64,000 nt of DNA from Macrostomum lignano (taxonomy: Eukaryota). Below are positions 23,361-47,372 of this stretch, in pieces; position 1 is the stretch's first letter; the number at the start of each line of letters is the position of its first letter. A program made the translations under genes and the position numbers. The notes under the pieces were generated by a model, which ran no database searches, was not told the DNA's origin, and saw only the letters and a program-made list of their open reading frames with translations. The stretch lies in NCBI GenBank assembly GCA_002269645.1, contig NIVC01001358.1:5580-69579 (forward strand), given 5' to 3'.

Positions 23361-26300
23361 TCACTCGTAGCGCAGCCGGTCAGGTTCGGCTCTCGCCCTG
23401 GTCGAACGTCGAAGTAGCGCCTCAGAGCTCAACTCTGGTGCCTGGCCAGGCGTCTCTGCAGGAGCCTCTGGTTGATCGTCAGGCACCTCGACACATGGCG
23501 GTTGCTCGGCTTCGGAAGGCGCCGGAGGCTCCGGCGGCTTGCGCACTTGATCGATGTGCCGACGGACTTCTCGACCATCGTCGAACTGGCAAGAGAAAGA
23601 CGCAGCCCCAGAGCAGTTGGTCACAACAGCAGGCTTCCACCTGCCGTCAGCAGCGAAGTCCCTCGCGACGACTGCGTCGCCCATCTCGATGCGGCGGTCA
23701 TGGGCATGGGCGTCGTGTTGTTGCTTCTGCATTGCTTGTTGGAGCGCCACCCTGGCCTGTAGGTCAGGCCGAACTCGATCGAGCAGTGTGTGCAGCCGCC
23801 TCCCCATCAGCAATTTGCAAGGTGGCGCGCCGGTCGTCGCATGGGGCGTCACACGGTAGGTAAGCAGGAAGCGCGCCACTCGATCTTCTAGTGAGCCGTC
23901 TTTTTGCTTAGCGAGTGACTTCTTCAGGGTCTGGACAGCGCGCTCCGCTTGGCCATTTGACGCCGGGTGGTACGGGGCAGTTCGTACGTGCCGGATGCCG
24001 TTCCGCTGCAGAAAATCTGCCATTTCATCGCTGACCAGGTTGCGCCCATTGTCCGTCACGATGATGTCCGGCAGCCCATGTGTAGCGAAGCTCTGCCGCA
24101 GCCGCTGGATGGTTGCCGTGGAAGTTGCTGACGCCAACACATGTACCTCCATCCACTTGGAATGGGCGTCGACAATCACCAGCAGCATTTTCCCTTCGAT
24201 CGGACCCGCAAAATCCAGATGAAGGCGCGACCACGGCCTGTCAGGCCAGGCCCAGGGATGCAGCGGCGCAGGCCCCGGTGACTTCTGCAGCTCCTGGCAG
24301 TCCGAACAAGCGCCGGCGAGCTGCTCAATTGCCTCGTCCAGCTTTGGCCACCAGAAGAAGCTGCGGGCCAGCGCCTTCATTCTAGATGCGCCCTGGTGTC
24401 CTTGGTGCAAACAATGGAGAAGGGCTGTCCGGCCTGCCTCTGGAACGATGACTCGAGTTCCCCAGAGAAGGCAGCCGTCTTGAGTACTCAGCTGGTCGGC
24501 CCTGGATCTGTACGGCTGCAACTCCGGCACGGTCCGCTCAGGCCAGTTGCCGACCTCCGTGAAGCGCAGTGCCTTTGACAGGATCGGGTCAGTTCGGGTC
24601 CAGGCTCGAATGTCGCCGGCGGTCACTGGCCCTTCGCCCAGCATGTCCATGACCAGGACAACGTCCGCAGGTGTCGGGGCCTTCGTCGGTCTTTCCGGCA
24701 GTGGCAGTCGGCTCAGTGCGTCTGCACGCAGTAGTGATTTGCCAGATCGGTGTTCCATCGAGTAGCTGTAGCCCGCCAGGATGAGCGCCCACCTCTGAAT
24801 CCTTCCGGACGCCATGGCGGGAATTGGCTTAGACTCATGCAGGAGTCCTAGCAACGGCTTGTGGTCGCTGACGAGGGTGAATTTCCGGCCGTAAAGGTAA
24901 GAGTGAAATCTTTTTACCCCGAAAACGATCGCCAGAGCTTCTTTGTCCAGTTGCGAGTACTTCGCCTCGGCATCGTGCAGGGAACGCGAAGCGAAAGCGA
25001 TCGGTCGATCGCAACCGTCAACCCGATGACTGATGACGGCGCCGATGCCGTACGGAGAGGCATCGCACTCCAGCACCAACGGCTTTGTGTCGTCGAAATG
25101 CGCGAGGACCGGCGCTTTGGCGAGCAGCGCCTTGCACTTCTTAAAGGCGGCATCCTGCGAAGCGCCCCAGCACCAGTTGGCGCCTTGGTTTAGCAAGCGG
25201 TGCAGCGGGGCCAACTCGGCTGACAGGTTCGGCAGGAACTTGCTGTAATAGTTGACCATTCCGAGGAAGCTGCGTAGCTGGGTCACGTCCTGCGGTGCCG
25301 GAGCGTCCACGATGGCACGCACTTTGTCTTGCAGGGGATGCAGGCCAGCGGCATCGATCCGATGACCCAGATAGCAGACGCTGTCCTGCATGAAGTTACA
25401 CTTGCTCAGGCCGCAGCGCAGTCCACTTTGGTGCAGCCGTTGCAGCACCTGTTCCAGCGATTGCAAATGGCTCTCGTCGTCAACCCCGGTGATAATCAGG
25501 TCATCGATGAAGCAGGCCACATGGGGAATGGTCTGCAGCAGGCTGTCCATGTGGCGCTGGAAAATTCCAACGGCCGGAGCGACACCAAACGGGAGGCGGG
25601 TATAGCGAAGCAGGCCTTTGGAAGTGTTTATAGTGCAGATCTGCTGGGCAGCTTCATCGAGTGGCATCTGGGAGTAAGCCTGCGACAAGTCGAGCTTAGT
25701 GAACTTTTTCCCGCCTGCCAGCTTTGCAAAAAGTTCCTCGATTCGCGGCAAGGGGTACTTGTCCGGCTCCACGGCGAGGTTGACGGTCTGCTTAAAGTCG
25801 GCACAGATGCGCACGGTGCCGTCTGATTTCAGAACGGGAACAATCGGCGATGCATAATCTGAGCTGCTGACTGGCTTGAGCACGCCCTGCTCAATCTCCT
25901 TTTCGAGTTGAGCCTCCACCTTAGCCTTGAGCGCAAACGGAACGTTGCGAGCTTTGAAAAAGCGAGGCCGGGCATCAGGCTTCAAATGCAGTTGCACAGG
26001 TGGACCGTTGTACTGACCCAATCCGGGCTCGAAAACAGCTGCATACTTTTCCAGCAAGGCTCGGATTCTGGGGTGCTCACCGTCTTTTTGCACCTGGTTG
26101 ATGCTTCTCCAGTCAAGCGGCAAGCCGGCCAGCCAGTCCCGGCCGATCAGATTCGATCCGGAGCCCTTGACGACGAGTAGCGGTAGCTCCTTGGAGATCT
26201 CTCCGATACGCACGCAGACGTTGATTTTGCCGAGTAGAGGAACCGGCTCCCCTGAATACGTACGTAGCTGTGCGTTGGCCGGCTCCAGCTTGGGCAGCCC

Positions 26301-26444
26301 ACGGAGCTCAGAGCGAAAAGTATCCGATGAGATGAGCGAGACGGATGCACCAGTGTCAATCTCCATTCGAACAGGCGTCTCCTCGATGATGACAGTCGTC
26401 TCAATCGGGGGAATCTTGGTCCTCGGCTCAGCCATCACATGCAT
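23361..26444 (-). CDS. Pol polyprotein PR-RT-RNaseH-integrase (1027 aa, uninterrupted)
   Basis: EIDTGASVS (protease); LPFGVAPAVGIFQR and FIDDLII (RT); CDASPYGIG, SDHKPL and ADALSR (RNase H); H..H..C..C zinc finger, LHLDFAGP, VTDNG and NGQAERAV (integrase). No chromodomain. Confidence 0.96.
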   Translation of the reverse strand: MHVMAEPRTKIPPIETTVIIEETPVRMEIDTGASVSLISSDTFRSELRGLPKLEPANAQLRTYSGEPVPLLGKINVCVRIGEISKELPLLVVKGSGSNLIGRDWLAGLPLDWRSINQVQKDGEHPRIRALLEKYAAVFEPGLGQYNGPPVQLHLKPDARPRFFKARNVPFALKAKVEAQLEKEIEQGVLKPVSSSDYASPIVPVLKSDGTVRICADFKQTVNLAVEPDKYPLPRIEELFAKLAGGKKFTKLDLSQAYSQMPLDEAAQQICTINTSKGLLRYTRLPFGVAPAVGIFQRHMDSLLQTIPHVACFIDDLIITGVDDESHLQSLEQVLQRLHQSGLRCGLSKCNFMQDSVCYLGHRIDAAGLHPLQDKVRAIVDAPAPQDVTQLRSFLGMVNYYSKFLPNLSAELAPLHRLLNQGANWCWGASQDAAFKKCKALLAKAPVLAHFDDTKPLVLECDASPYGIGAVISHRVDGCDRPIAFASRSLHDAEAKYSQLDKEALAIVFGVKRFHSYLYGRKFTLVSDHKPLLGLLHESKPIPAMASGRIQRWALILAGYSYSMEHRSGKSLLRADALSRLPLPERPTKAPTPADVVLVMDMLGEGPVTAGDIRAWTRTDPILSKALRFTEVGNWPERTVPELQPYRSRADQLSTQDGCLLWGTRVIVPEAGRTALLHCLHQGHQGASRMKALARSFFWWPKLDEAIEQLAGACSDCQELQKSPGPAPLHPWAWPDRPWSRLHLDFAGPIEGKMLLVIVDAHSKWMEVHVLASATSTATIQRLRQSFATHGLPDIIVTDNGRNLVSDEMADFLQRNGIRHVRTAPYHPASNGQAERAVQTLKKSLAKQKDGSLEDRVARFLLTYRVTPHATTGAPPCKLLMGRRLHTLLDRVRPDLQARVALQQAMQKQQHDAHAHDRRIEMGDAVVARDFAADGRWKPAVVTNCSGAASFSCQFDDGREVRRHIDQVRKPPEPPAPSEAEQPPCVEVPDDQPEAPAETPGQAPELSSEALLRRSTRARAEPDRLRYE

Positions 26445-26460
26445 CCCATCCTCGTCGCCA
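26443..26460 (-). promoter_or_regulatory. Primer-binding site complementary to tRNA-Ser(GCU)
   Basis: tggcgacgaggatgggat is complementary to the 18-nt 3' end AUCCCAUCCUCGUCGCCA of metazoan tRNA-Ser(GCU), recalled from the human sequence; it lies 1 nt from the LTR. Confidence 0.85.
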
Positions 26461-26461
26461 G

Positions 26462-26740
26462 TGTAAAGACTTCACTTTAGATTGTAGAACGATATAAGCT
26501 TGATACGAGGCAAGCCACTGCGATTTTTATTGTAAGTATTGAGCACGATACGTTTAGTGGATAAGGCTTAGGGGTGGAGAACAAAAGTAGCCAGATTGAA
26601 GAACGTACATGAGTAAGAGAGTACATCAAGATATTGTAGAAAGGCGCACAGAGCGAAACAGGTAAAAACACCACCCCCAAACACTGAATAAAGTACAAGC
26701 TAACATCACTAACAAAAATCAACCCAGCCAAGTCACCACA
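26462..26740 (-). repeat. 5' LTR (279 bp)
   Basis: Identical by eye to 22996-23274; followed on the minus strand by the PBS. Confidence 0.96.
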
Positions 26741-27826
26741 GAAGTGAAATGGAAGTAGATGGAAGTGAAATGGAAGTGAAATGGAAGTAGAGGGACGTGA
26801 AATGAAAGAAGAGGGAAGTGAAGCTGAAGTGAATGTAAAATAATGCGGAACTGTTAGAAAATAAAGGGGAAGAAGCAGTTATTAAACAGAAAGGAAGTCA
26901 GAGAAGGATTAAGTGAGAAAGGCGGAGAGTAACTATAAGAATGAATGAAGGTCAGCTTGGATTAAGAATGTGACTCAGAATAAAAAAGTTTCAAGTGAGG
27001 CAGCGAGATGCAGGTAGCAATGAAAGGCTGCAGTTTAGACGCGGCGATTCGGGCGGCTGCAGCTCGTGATTGCAGCCTGGGAAGGCGGCCCCGTCTCGGC
27101 CTTATAATTAAGCGCGCGCCCCATGCCTGTCCCAGCAAGTGCAGGTTGCAGGTATTCATTATGCTGAGCGGCTGCAGTCCGATATGCAATATACAAAATG
27201 AGAGTGCGATGCGATCAGCCGGACCTTGGGCCAAGGTGAATTATGCATGAGCTGACCCGGTTGCGGCTGCAGAGGAGATCCTTCAGGACTTTTTTTAGAC
27301 GCTTGAAACTCGCCTTCATGGCTGTCCTTCACTCCCATCCTACTGCTGGCTCTCTGCGGCTCTTTTATTCCATGGGAGCTGCAATTGGAATAAATCGATA
27401 ATCTCTCCGTGTGCTGGGCGGCCGCTACTTTATAGTGAGCCTTTTTTAGTAGCGCCTCTCGCCTTCTCAAGTGATGAAGGATTCAGACAGGCAGTCTCCG
27501 AGCCTGATGAAGCTGTCCGGATTTGCGGTTTCTGCTTGGGATTATTCGAGTCCCCAGAATTGGGGGAGCCAAGTGAAGCGAACTGTTTAGCTAATTTAGA
27601 TGTGTTTCTGGTCAAAGCAAATTTAATTTTGGAATTGGATTTGATTTCGAATTGGAATCTGCAGGGCTGTGGAGACAATTGCAAATGTGCAGCACAAAAC
27701 ATTGATTTGCTACTAAATAATTCAGTCGTTTATCAACGTACGATTTTGCATATTGCATATCGTAGAATGGTCGTTGCATTGTTAAACAGTTTTTCTATAG
27801 GCCAAGTTGGTAGCCAAGCCGAAGTC

Positions 27827-28035
27827 TGACGTTGCTATGCAACTATAGCTAGGTCAAGGTCGTATCCAAGGGGAGTGAGTGTGGCGTTGCTATGCAACTA
27901 TAGCTAGGCCAAGGTCGTATCCAAGGGGATTGAGTGTGGCGTTGCTATGCAACTGTAGCTGTAGGTCAAGGTCGTATTTAAGACAAGTCTGACGTTGCTA
28001 TGCAACTATAGTTACAAGTGAGTCAAGGTCGTTCA
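27827..28035. repeat. Four degenerate repeats of about 55-60 bp with palindromic core gttgctatgcaac
   Basis: cgttgctatgcaactatagctaggtcaaggtcgta recurs four times. Confidence 0.85.
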
Positions 28036-28162
28036 CAAGAGAAATCTGTCGTTTCTATGCCAATATAATAATTTCCATGTCAAAACACAAGTACACTGTA
28101 AGTACAGTATCCAAGGTAATTTTCTTGTTGCTATGGAAACTAGGTCAGTGTTGTAGAATGCA

Positions 28163-40841
<12,679 letters not shown>

Positions 40842-41464
40842 GCCTGTGTTGAGCAGTGAGCTCTCTCGGTGCAGCGGCCCGGGGCCAGCTCAGCAGTTCC
40901 AGTCGCGTAGTTTTTATCTCCTATGCCATTTGCGGGTCTTATCTGGGCCACAGTAACTGAGGCCAACGCAACTTTCCTAGTCTCAGGCTCAAGCCGCGAG
41001 ACCTGTTGGTCAGAGCAGCCACATGTGTCTCGTCCCTGTGACCAGTTTACACGGCACAGTATTTAGTAACAGTGCCAAATTGTTGTATTCAAATAATTCT
41101 TAGTAAAGTAATATCTCTTTGCTCAGGAGTTACAGTAAAGCTGGAAACTAAGTTCACCATGTGCAAGGCGACTTATATGAAGCGATAAAAATCATCTTTC
41201 CGCATTCATTGGATCTTAGCCGGATTAGTGATTTATTAGCTTAGCCGAGACAGATTCTCACTCACTCTCCCAGTCGGTGGGGTATTTATAACTCAGTGGG
41301 AGTTCACATTGGGGAATCGCAGCGTGAATGGAAAGCTGTCTTGATAGAGAGAAATGCGTCTTGCATCCCAATGCAGCCACTCAGTCCTGGAAATGCTGGG
41401 TCTGCTGGGGAATGAAAGACCGGAGTGACGGTTTTGGGAAATAAACAGAAGGAAAGCGAGTGAC

Positions 41465-41886
41465 GCTGGAGTGTCGCAGAGTGAGGCTGTAGTGTCACAT
41501 AGTGAGGCTGGAGTGTCACATAGTGAGGCTGGAGTGTCGCATAGTGAGGCTGGAGTGTCACAAAGTGAGGCTGGAGTTTCACATAGTGAGGCTGGAGTGT
41601 CACAGAGTGAGGCTGGAGTGTCACAGAGTGAGGCTGGAGTGTCACATAGTGAGGCTGGAGTGTCACAGAGTGAGGCTGGAGTGTCACATAGTGAGGCTGG
41701 AGTGTCACAGAGTGAGGCTGGAGTGCCACAGAGTGAGGCTGGCTGGAGTGTCACAGAGTGAGGCTGGAGTGTCACAGAGTGAGGCTGGAGTGTCACAGAG
41801 TGAGGCTGGAGTGTCACAGAGTGAGGCTGGAGTGTCACAGAGTGAGGCTGGAGTGTCACAGAGTGAGGCTGGAGTGTCACAGAGTG
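41465..41886. repeat. 21-bp minisatellite (aggctggagtgtcacagagtg)n
   Basis: Direct reading. Confidence 0.94.
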
Positions 41887-42852
41887 GGACAGGCAGATTG
41901 CCACAGAGCCACTACAGCAAAGGTGGGTTTAAGTCAGACCAGGCCTTCTCTCTCACTCCTTTAATCCTTGGACCGGATCGTCACGGCGCACTCCAACCAA
42001 AGATTCTCTGCACGGAGTCTTCTGCATACTTAATCATCTTCCAAGCAGTTATTAATCAGCAGTTCGTGCTAATGGTTGAATAATTCCATTCCACCTCCAC
42101 CCCAAAATGTGCCCCAGCTTCTGGCCAGGAAGTCGCTGCTCACCCACCCACAGACTGTTTGGTGGGTAATTGCGCTGCACACTGCAAGCCGCCTTGGAAT
42201 TTACCGCATTGGAATTTGCAGCTTCTCTCCCCGAGAGAGACTGCAGCAGCATTCCAGCAATGGCGATATTCTTTCAGGCCCATTGTGGACTGAGGGAGGC
42301 TGGGAACGATGCGGGATGATGGACGGGACTATAAATATAAGGTCGCTGCTGCTCACACGGGGGGGGGGGGTAGCGATAATGATGTTGCCGGGAGGAAAGC
42401 AGAGGCAAGATTTCACGATGAAGACTCGATGATTCTGGATGGGAAGAAAGTGCAACAGGAAAAAATGATGGGATGCGAGAGCAGCACTTGTGCGACTGAC
42501 CTGGGCTGGGCTCGATCTGCGGACTCCACTTTGTTCTTCTTCCAAGCGTTCTTCTGCCGGCAGCTAGAATTCAGCTTCTTATTATAATTTCTGCGGCAGA
42601 GTTTGCTTTCTCTACTGGTCTCCGCTCTCTCCGCTCTCTCCACAGCGGCAAGTTGGCCCGTGGTTGGCTGCCAAAGCATCTTGGCTCGTAATAAATAAAA
42701 AAGATGCGATTCAAAAGTTTGGATTTATCGAGCATTTAGGAGTCAGAATTTTCAGTTAAAAATAACGCTTTGTACTTTTCGTATTACTTTAATCTGCTAC
42801 TGGTGCAATTGCTTGTTTGCCTTTTTACCAGCGCTATTTTACAGCCGAATAT

Positions 42853-42906
42853 TTAGGTAGGGTTAGGGTTAGAGTTAGGGTTAGGGTTAGGGTTAGAGTT
42901 AGGGTT
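42853..42906 (+). repeat. Short interstitial (TTAGGG)n-like tract
   Basis: ggttagggttagagttagggttagggttagggttagagttagggtt. Confidence 0.85.
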
Positions 42907-43684
42907 TACAATTCAAAATTTACAAATTTATCATCAAGAAAAGAAAAAATTCCAAAACAGCTTCCTAATAGCCTACTTGCAGTAGACAGCGGAAACTATA
43001 ATGCAGTCGGTAGTTCATTCATTACCGTCGCTTGTTAATTTAGTAAAGTTAATTTTTTCCGTCGGCGATACTTATAAATTGAAGTTATATCCGATCCAGC
43101 CTACTTACAGTATGTTAGGTGGGTTTTGCACCTATATTCCCGACAATTTGAATTGCAGATTTATAAGTTTTGAAAAAAATGACTGCAGACTGTACAAGTT
43201 TTGGACAAGTGCCCCGTCCCTGCACCCAAGGATTTCACGAACTTATTTCTCTGCATCATGCAGCTTCTCTGTGAGAGTGGTGGTATCTCAGTGGGATCTC
43301 GATAAGCAGAGGCATCCCCATTAGCTTCTCACGGACTGGCCATTGTCTCCAGACAAAGCAAACATGTGCTGCAGCGACTACTGCTTTATTCCAACGTTTT
43401 CTTTCGCATTCACATTTTTGCCAAAGCAGAGACACCGGGATGTCAGTTTTGTTTTTTTTCTGTCAGCACCGCCTGTGATTGGCTGCGTTGCCCCAGCCCA
43501 ACGGGATCGGGGCTGGCGGAATGCGTGAAGCTGCAATCTGCGTGTGCTTTTTAAATAAGCTTTCAACACATTTGAGACCACTTATCAGATGTTTGACTGG
43601 CCGCGGGCAGCCTGCAGACATGATCCCAAATGCTCTGATCATCTGGTGAGTTCAACCAGTAAGCTGCCAAATTGGCTACTGCAA

Positions 43685-45242
43685 CTGGCGCCCCTGAGAC
43701 ACAATACTGGCGCCCCCTGAGACACAATACTGGCGCCCCCTAAGACACAATACTGGCGCCCCCTGAGACACAATACTGGCGCCCTCTGAGACACAATACT
43801 AGCGCCCCCTGAGACACAATACTGGCGCCCCCTGAGACACAATTACTGGCGCCCCCTGAGACACAATACTGGCGCCCTCTGAGACAAAATACTGGCGCCC
43901 CCTGAGACACAATACTGGCGCCCCCTGAGACACAATACTGGCGCCCCCTGAGACACAATACTGGCGCCCCTGAGACACAATACTGGCGCCCCTGAGACAC
44001 AATACTGGCGCCCCCTGAGACACAATACTGGCGCCCTCTGAGACACAATACTAGCGCCCCCTGAGACACAATACTGGCGCCCCTGAGACACAATACTGGC
44101 GCCCCTAAGACACAATACTGGCGCCCCCTGAGACACAATACTGGCGCCCCCTGAGACACAATACTGGCGCCCTCTGAGACACAATACTAGCGCCCCCTGA
44201 GACACAATACTGGCGCCCCTGAGACACAATACTGGCGCCCCTGAGACACAATACTGGCGCCCTCTGAGACAAAATACTGGCGCCCCCTGAGACACAATAC
44301 TGGCGCCCCCTGAGACACAATACTGGCGCCCCCTGAGACACAATACTGGCGCCCCCTGAGACACAATTACTGGCGCCCCCTGAGACACAATACTGGCGCC
44401 CTCTGAGACAAAATACTGGCGCCCCCTGAGACACAATACTGGCGCCCCCTGAGACACAATACTGGCGCCCCCTGAGACACAATACTGGCGCCCCCTAAGA
44501 CACAATACTGGCGCCCCCTGAGACACAATACTGGCGCCCCTGAGACACAATACTGGCGCCCTCTGAGACACAATACTAGCGCCCCCTGAGACACAATACT
44601 GGCGCCCCTGAGACACAATACTGGCGCCCCTGAGACACAATACTGGCGCCCTCTGAGACAAAATACTGGCGCCCCCTGAGACACAATACTGGCGCCCCCT
44701 GAGACACAATACTGGCGCCCCCTGAGACACAATACTGGCGCCCCTGAGACACAATACTGGCGCCCCTGAGACACAATACTGGCGCCCCTGAGACACAATA
44801 TCGGCGCCCCTTTAAGACACAATATCGCTGCCCTTAGGACACAATATCGGTGCCCTTAAGACACAATATCGGTGCCTTTAAGACACAATACCGGCGCCCC
44901 TTTAAGACACAATACCGGCGCCCCTTTAAGACACAATATCGGTGCCCCTTTAAGACACAATATCGGTGCCCCTTTAAGACACAATATCGGTGCCCCTTTA
45001 AGACACAGTATCGGTGCCCTTAAGACACAATATCGGTGCCCCTTTAAGACACAATATCGGTGCCCCTTTAAGACACAATATCGGTGCCCCTTTAAGACAC
45101 AATATCGGTGCCCCTTTAAGACACAATATCGGTGCCCCTTTAAGACACAATATCGGTGCCCCTTTAAGACACAATATCGGTGCCCCTTTAAGACACAATA
45201 TCGGTGCCCCTTTAAGACACAGTATCGGTGCCCTTAAGACAC
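43685..45242. repeat. 22-23-bp minisatellite (ctgagacacaatactggcgccc)n switching to (ttaagacacaatatcggtgcccc)n at about 44790
   Basis: Direct reading. Confidence 0.95.
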
Positions 45243-46094
45243 TAAGGCAATCGGACAATATTGGCAGTTCTCAGACACTTCAGCACAACAAAACACGTCA
45301 TGAAAACAAATTTCTCACTCCAAACGCTTTAGAAATGCAGGGCGCCATTTTAGAGCTACAAATACGCATATTGCCCTTCCCTACTCAAAGTACCCGGGAA
45401 CAATAGCTGCAGCGAGCCCGCTGCTGTAGGCTTCTGTTCCCAGGAAATGCTCCAAAAGAACGGCAAAGCAGCCAGGAGGAGGAGGAGGCTGGTTGGGGTG
45501 GTGATTGGCGCGCTCGAGAGCGGAACGCGCGAACGCAGAGCAGCATTTCTGCATCCAAAGAGATGCAGGTAGGAAAGAGATAATATCTTGCCCAAAAACA
45601 CCCAACTGTCTAGCAGTCAGGTGTTCCGACAGGTGACGGCAAAAGACAGACTAGCAACAACTAAGTATAGACGCTTTCACCTGTGAATTTTCTTCTTTAA
45701 TACTGGCAGTCATTTCAAGCAACAGTGCGACAGTTTGAAACTGCTTCGATATCCGTTCTGCAGCATCCAAGCTCTCTTCATCACAAAGTCAGAGTAGAAA
45801 GCTGTCAGCCATTTTCCAATATATTCCCAACTGGGGATTTCGGTCATGCTGTTGGACTTGTCTGTTCCGCCAAACCAACTGGGGATTTTCAATAGTTTCC
45901 AGATACTGAGCGAGTGGGAGCTGGGATCAGCAGTGGGACCCAGCGGCGCCCATTGGATCGGGTTCTCCCTGCTACGGTCTTCCTACTTTTCAACTTTCTG
46001 GCCAATTTGCACAGTGCAGCTTAATTTCGGTCCTGAACTTGGCTTGTCTGTTCCGTCGGTACACAGCGATTCAATATATCATATAAACATTCTG

Positions 46095-46530
46095 TTCCTT
46101 TATCCGTGATGTTGCTTAGATTAGCAATCCAATCTGTTCCTTTATCCGTGATGTTGGCTAGATTAGCAATCCAATCTGTTCCTTTATCCGTGATGTTGGC
46201 TAGATTAGCAATCCAATCTGTTCCTTCATCCGTGATGCTGGCTAGATTAGCAATCCATTCTGTTCCTTCATCCGTGTTGTTGGTTAGATTAGCAATCCAT
46301 TCTAATGGTTCATCAGTGATGTTGGCTAGATTAGCAATCCATTTTTGGTTCATCCGTGATGTTGCTTAGATCAGCAATCCATTCTATTCCTTCATCAGTA
46401 ATGTTGGCTAGATTAGCAATCCATTCTGTTCCTTCATCCGTGATGTTGGTTAGATTAGCAATCCAATCTGTTCCTTCATCCGTGATGTTGGCTAGATTAG
46501 CAATCCATTCTATTCCTTTATCCGTGATGT
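46095..46530. repeat. 42-bp minisatellite
   Basis: Period 42 (tttatccgtg at 46141 and 46183). Confidence 0.92.
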
Positions 46531-47372
46531 AAGGTACAAGGTCGTGCATCTTTAGCAACTCTGGTCAATTATTGACTTCAGTAATTCCTTATCAATCTCG
46601 CACATATTTCAAGCTTTGGTACATCACTACCCAGCACACGCACGGAGTGCACAGCGGTAAGCACACTCGTGACCGTGGCTATTAACTTAAATCCTCGCCT
46701 CATATTAACCTTCCATTAATTGATGCAGCAAGACTGGAACGGAGGCAGGGGACTGCAACAGGCCAACATTATCGAGAGCTAAAATAGTGTGAGGTATTTA
46801 TGAAACTGAGGATATCATAACTCGGCGAAAGAAACCGAATGAGAGAAATACAGAAGAAGAGGGGGAGGCGGCAGTTTCTGTTGTTTCAAGCCGGGCTTCT
46901 CCGCCAGCTGGGATTTGTCGGGAAAATTCGCGGTGGGAAATTTTGCAAGCGGTGCCGAGACCCAGATCCCCCCGATCCCCCAGATCCCCCAGATCCCCTA
47001 GATCTCAGCTAGACCCCCACCCCCGCTTTGGGGAATCGTATTTTCCCTTTCGCACTTTTTCTTCCCCTCCTCATCCTCCATCTTCAGTAATTTCTATAAG
47101 ATCAACCTTTCCCAGAGGACTTACAGTTTTGGGATGTTTCAGATCCATACCGGCCCAACACCTGTCTGCTAGGACACTGTGCCTGCTCAAAGCGAAATTC
47201 TAACTCACTTTCTCACCTGCATCCAATCATCTCTGATGGGTGATTTTTTGGGACTCTCGGGACTTTTGGGGGGGGTGGATTCCAAGAAACTGCGGTGACG
47301 CTCAAGTAATGAGTCAGTGGTGCCCGCTGTAGTTGATAAGAAATTTAGGATATCTAGTACTAGATGTACTCT

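Larger units (their letters stand above)
22996..26740 (-). mobile_element. Ty3/gypsy (Mag-like) LTR retrotransposon lacking gag, 3745 bp
   Basis: Two identical 279-bp LTRs (TG..CA); 5-bp TSD gaagt (22991-22995, 26741-26745); PBS 26443-26460; PPT ggggaggag next to the 3' LTR; single pol ORF. Confidence 0.96.

Noticed and set aside
27827-28035. CRISPR-like spaced palindromic repeats
   Set aside because: Eukaryotic context, spacers are similar to one another, only four units and no cas genes.
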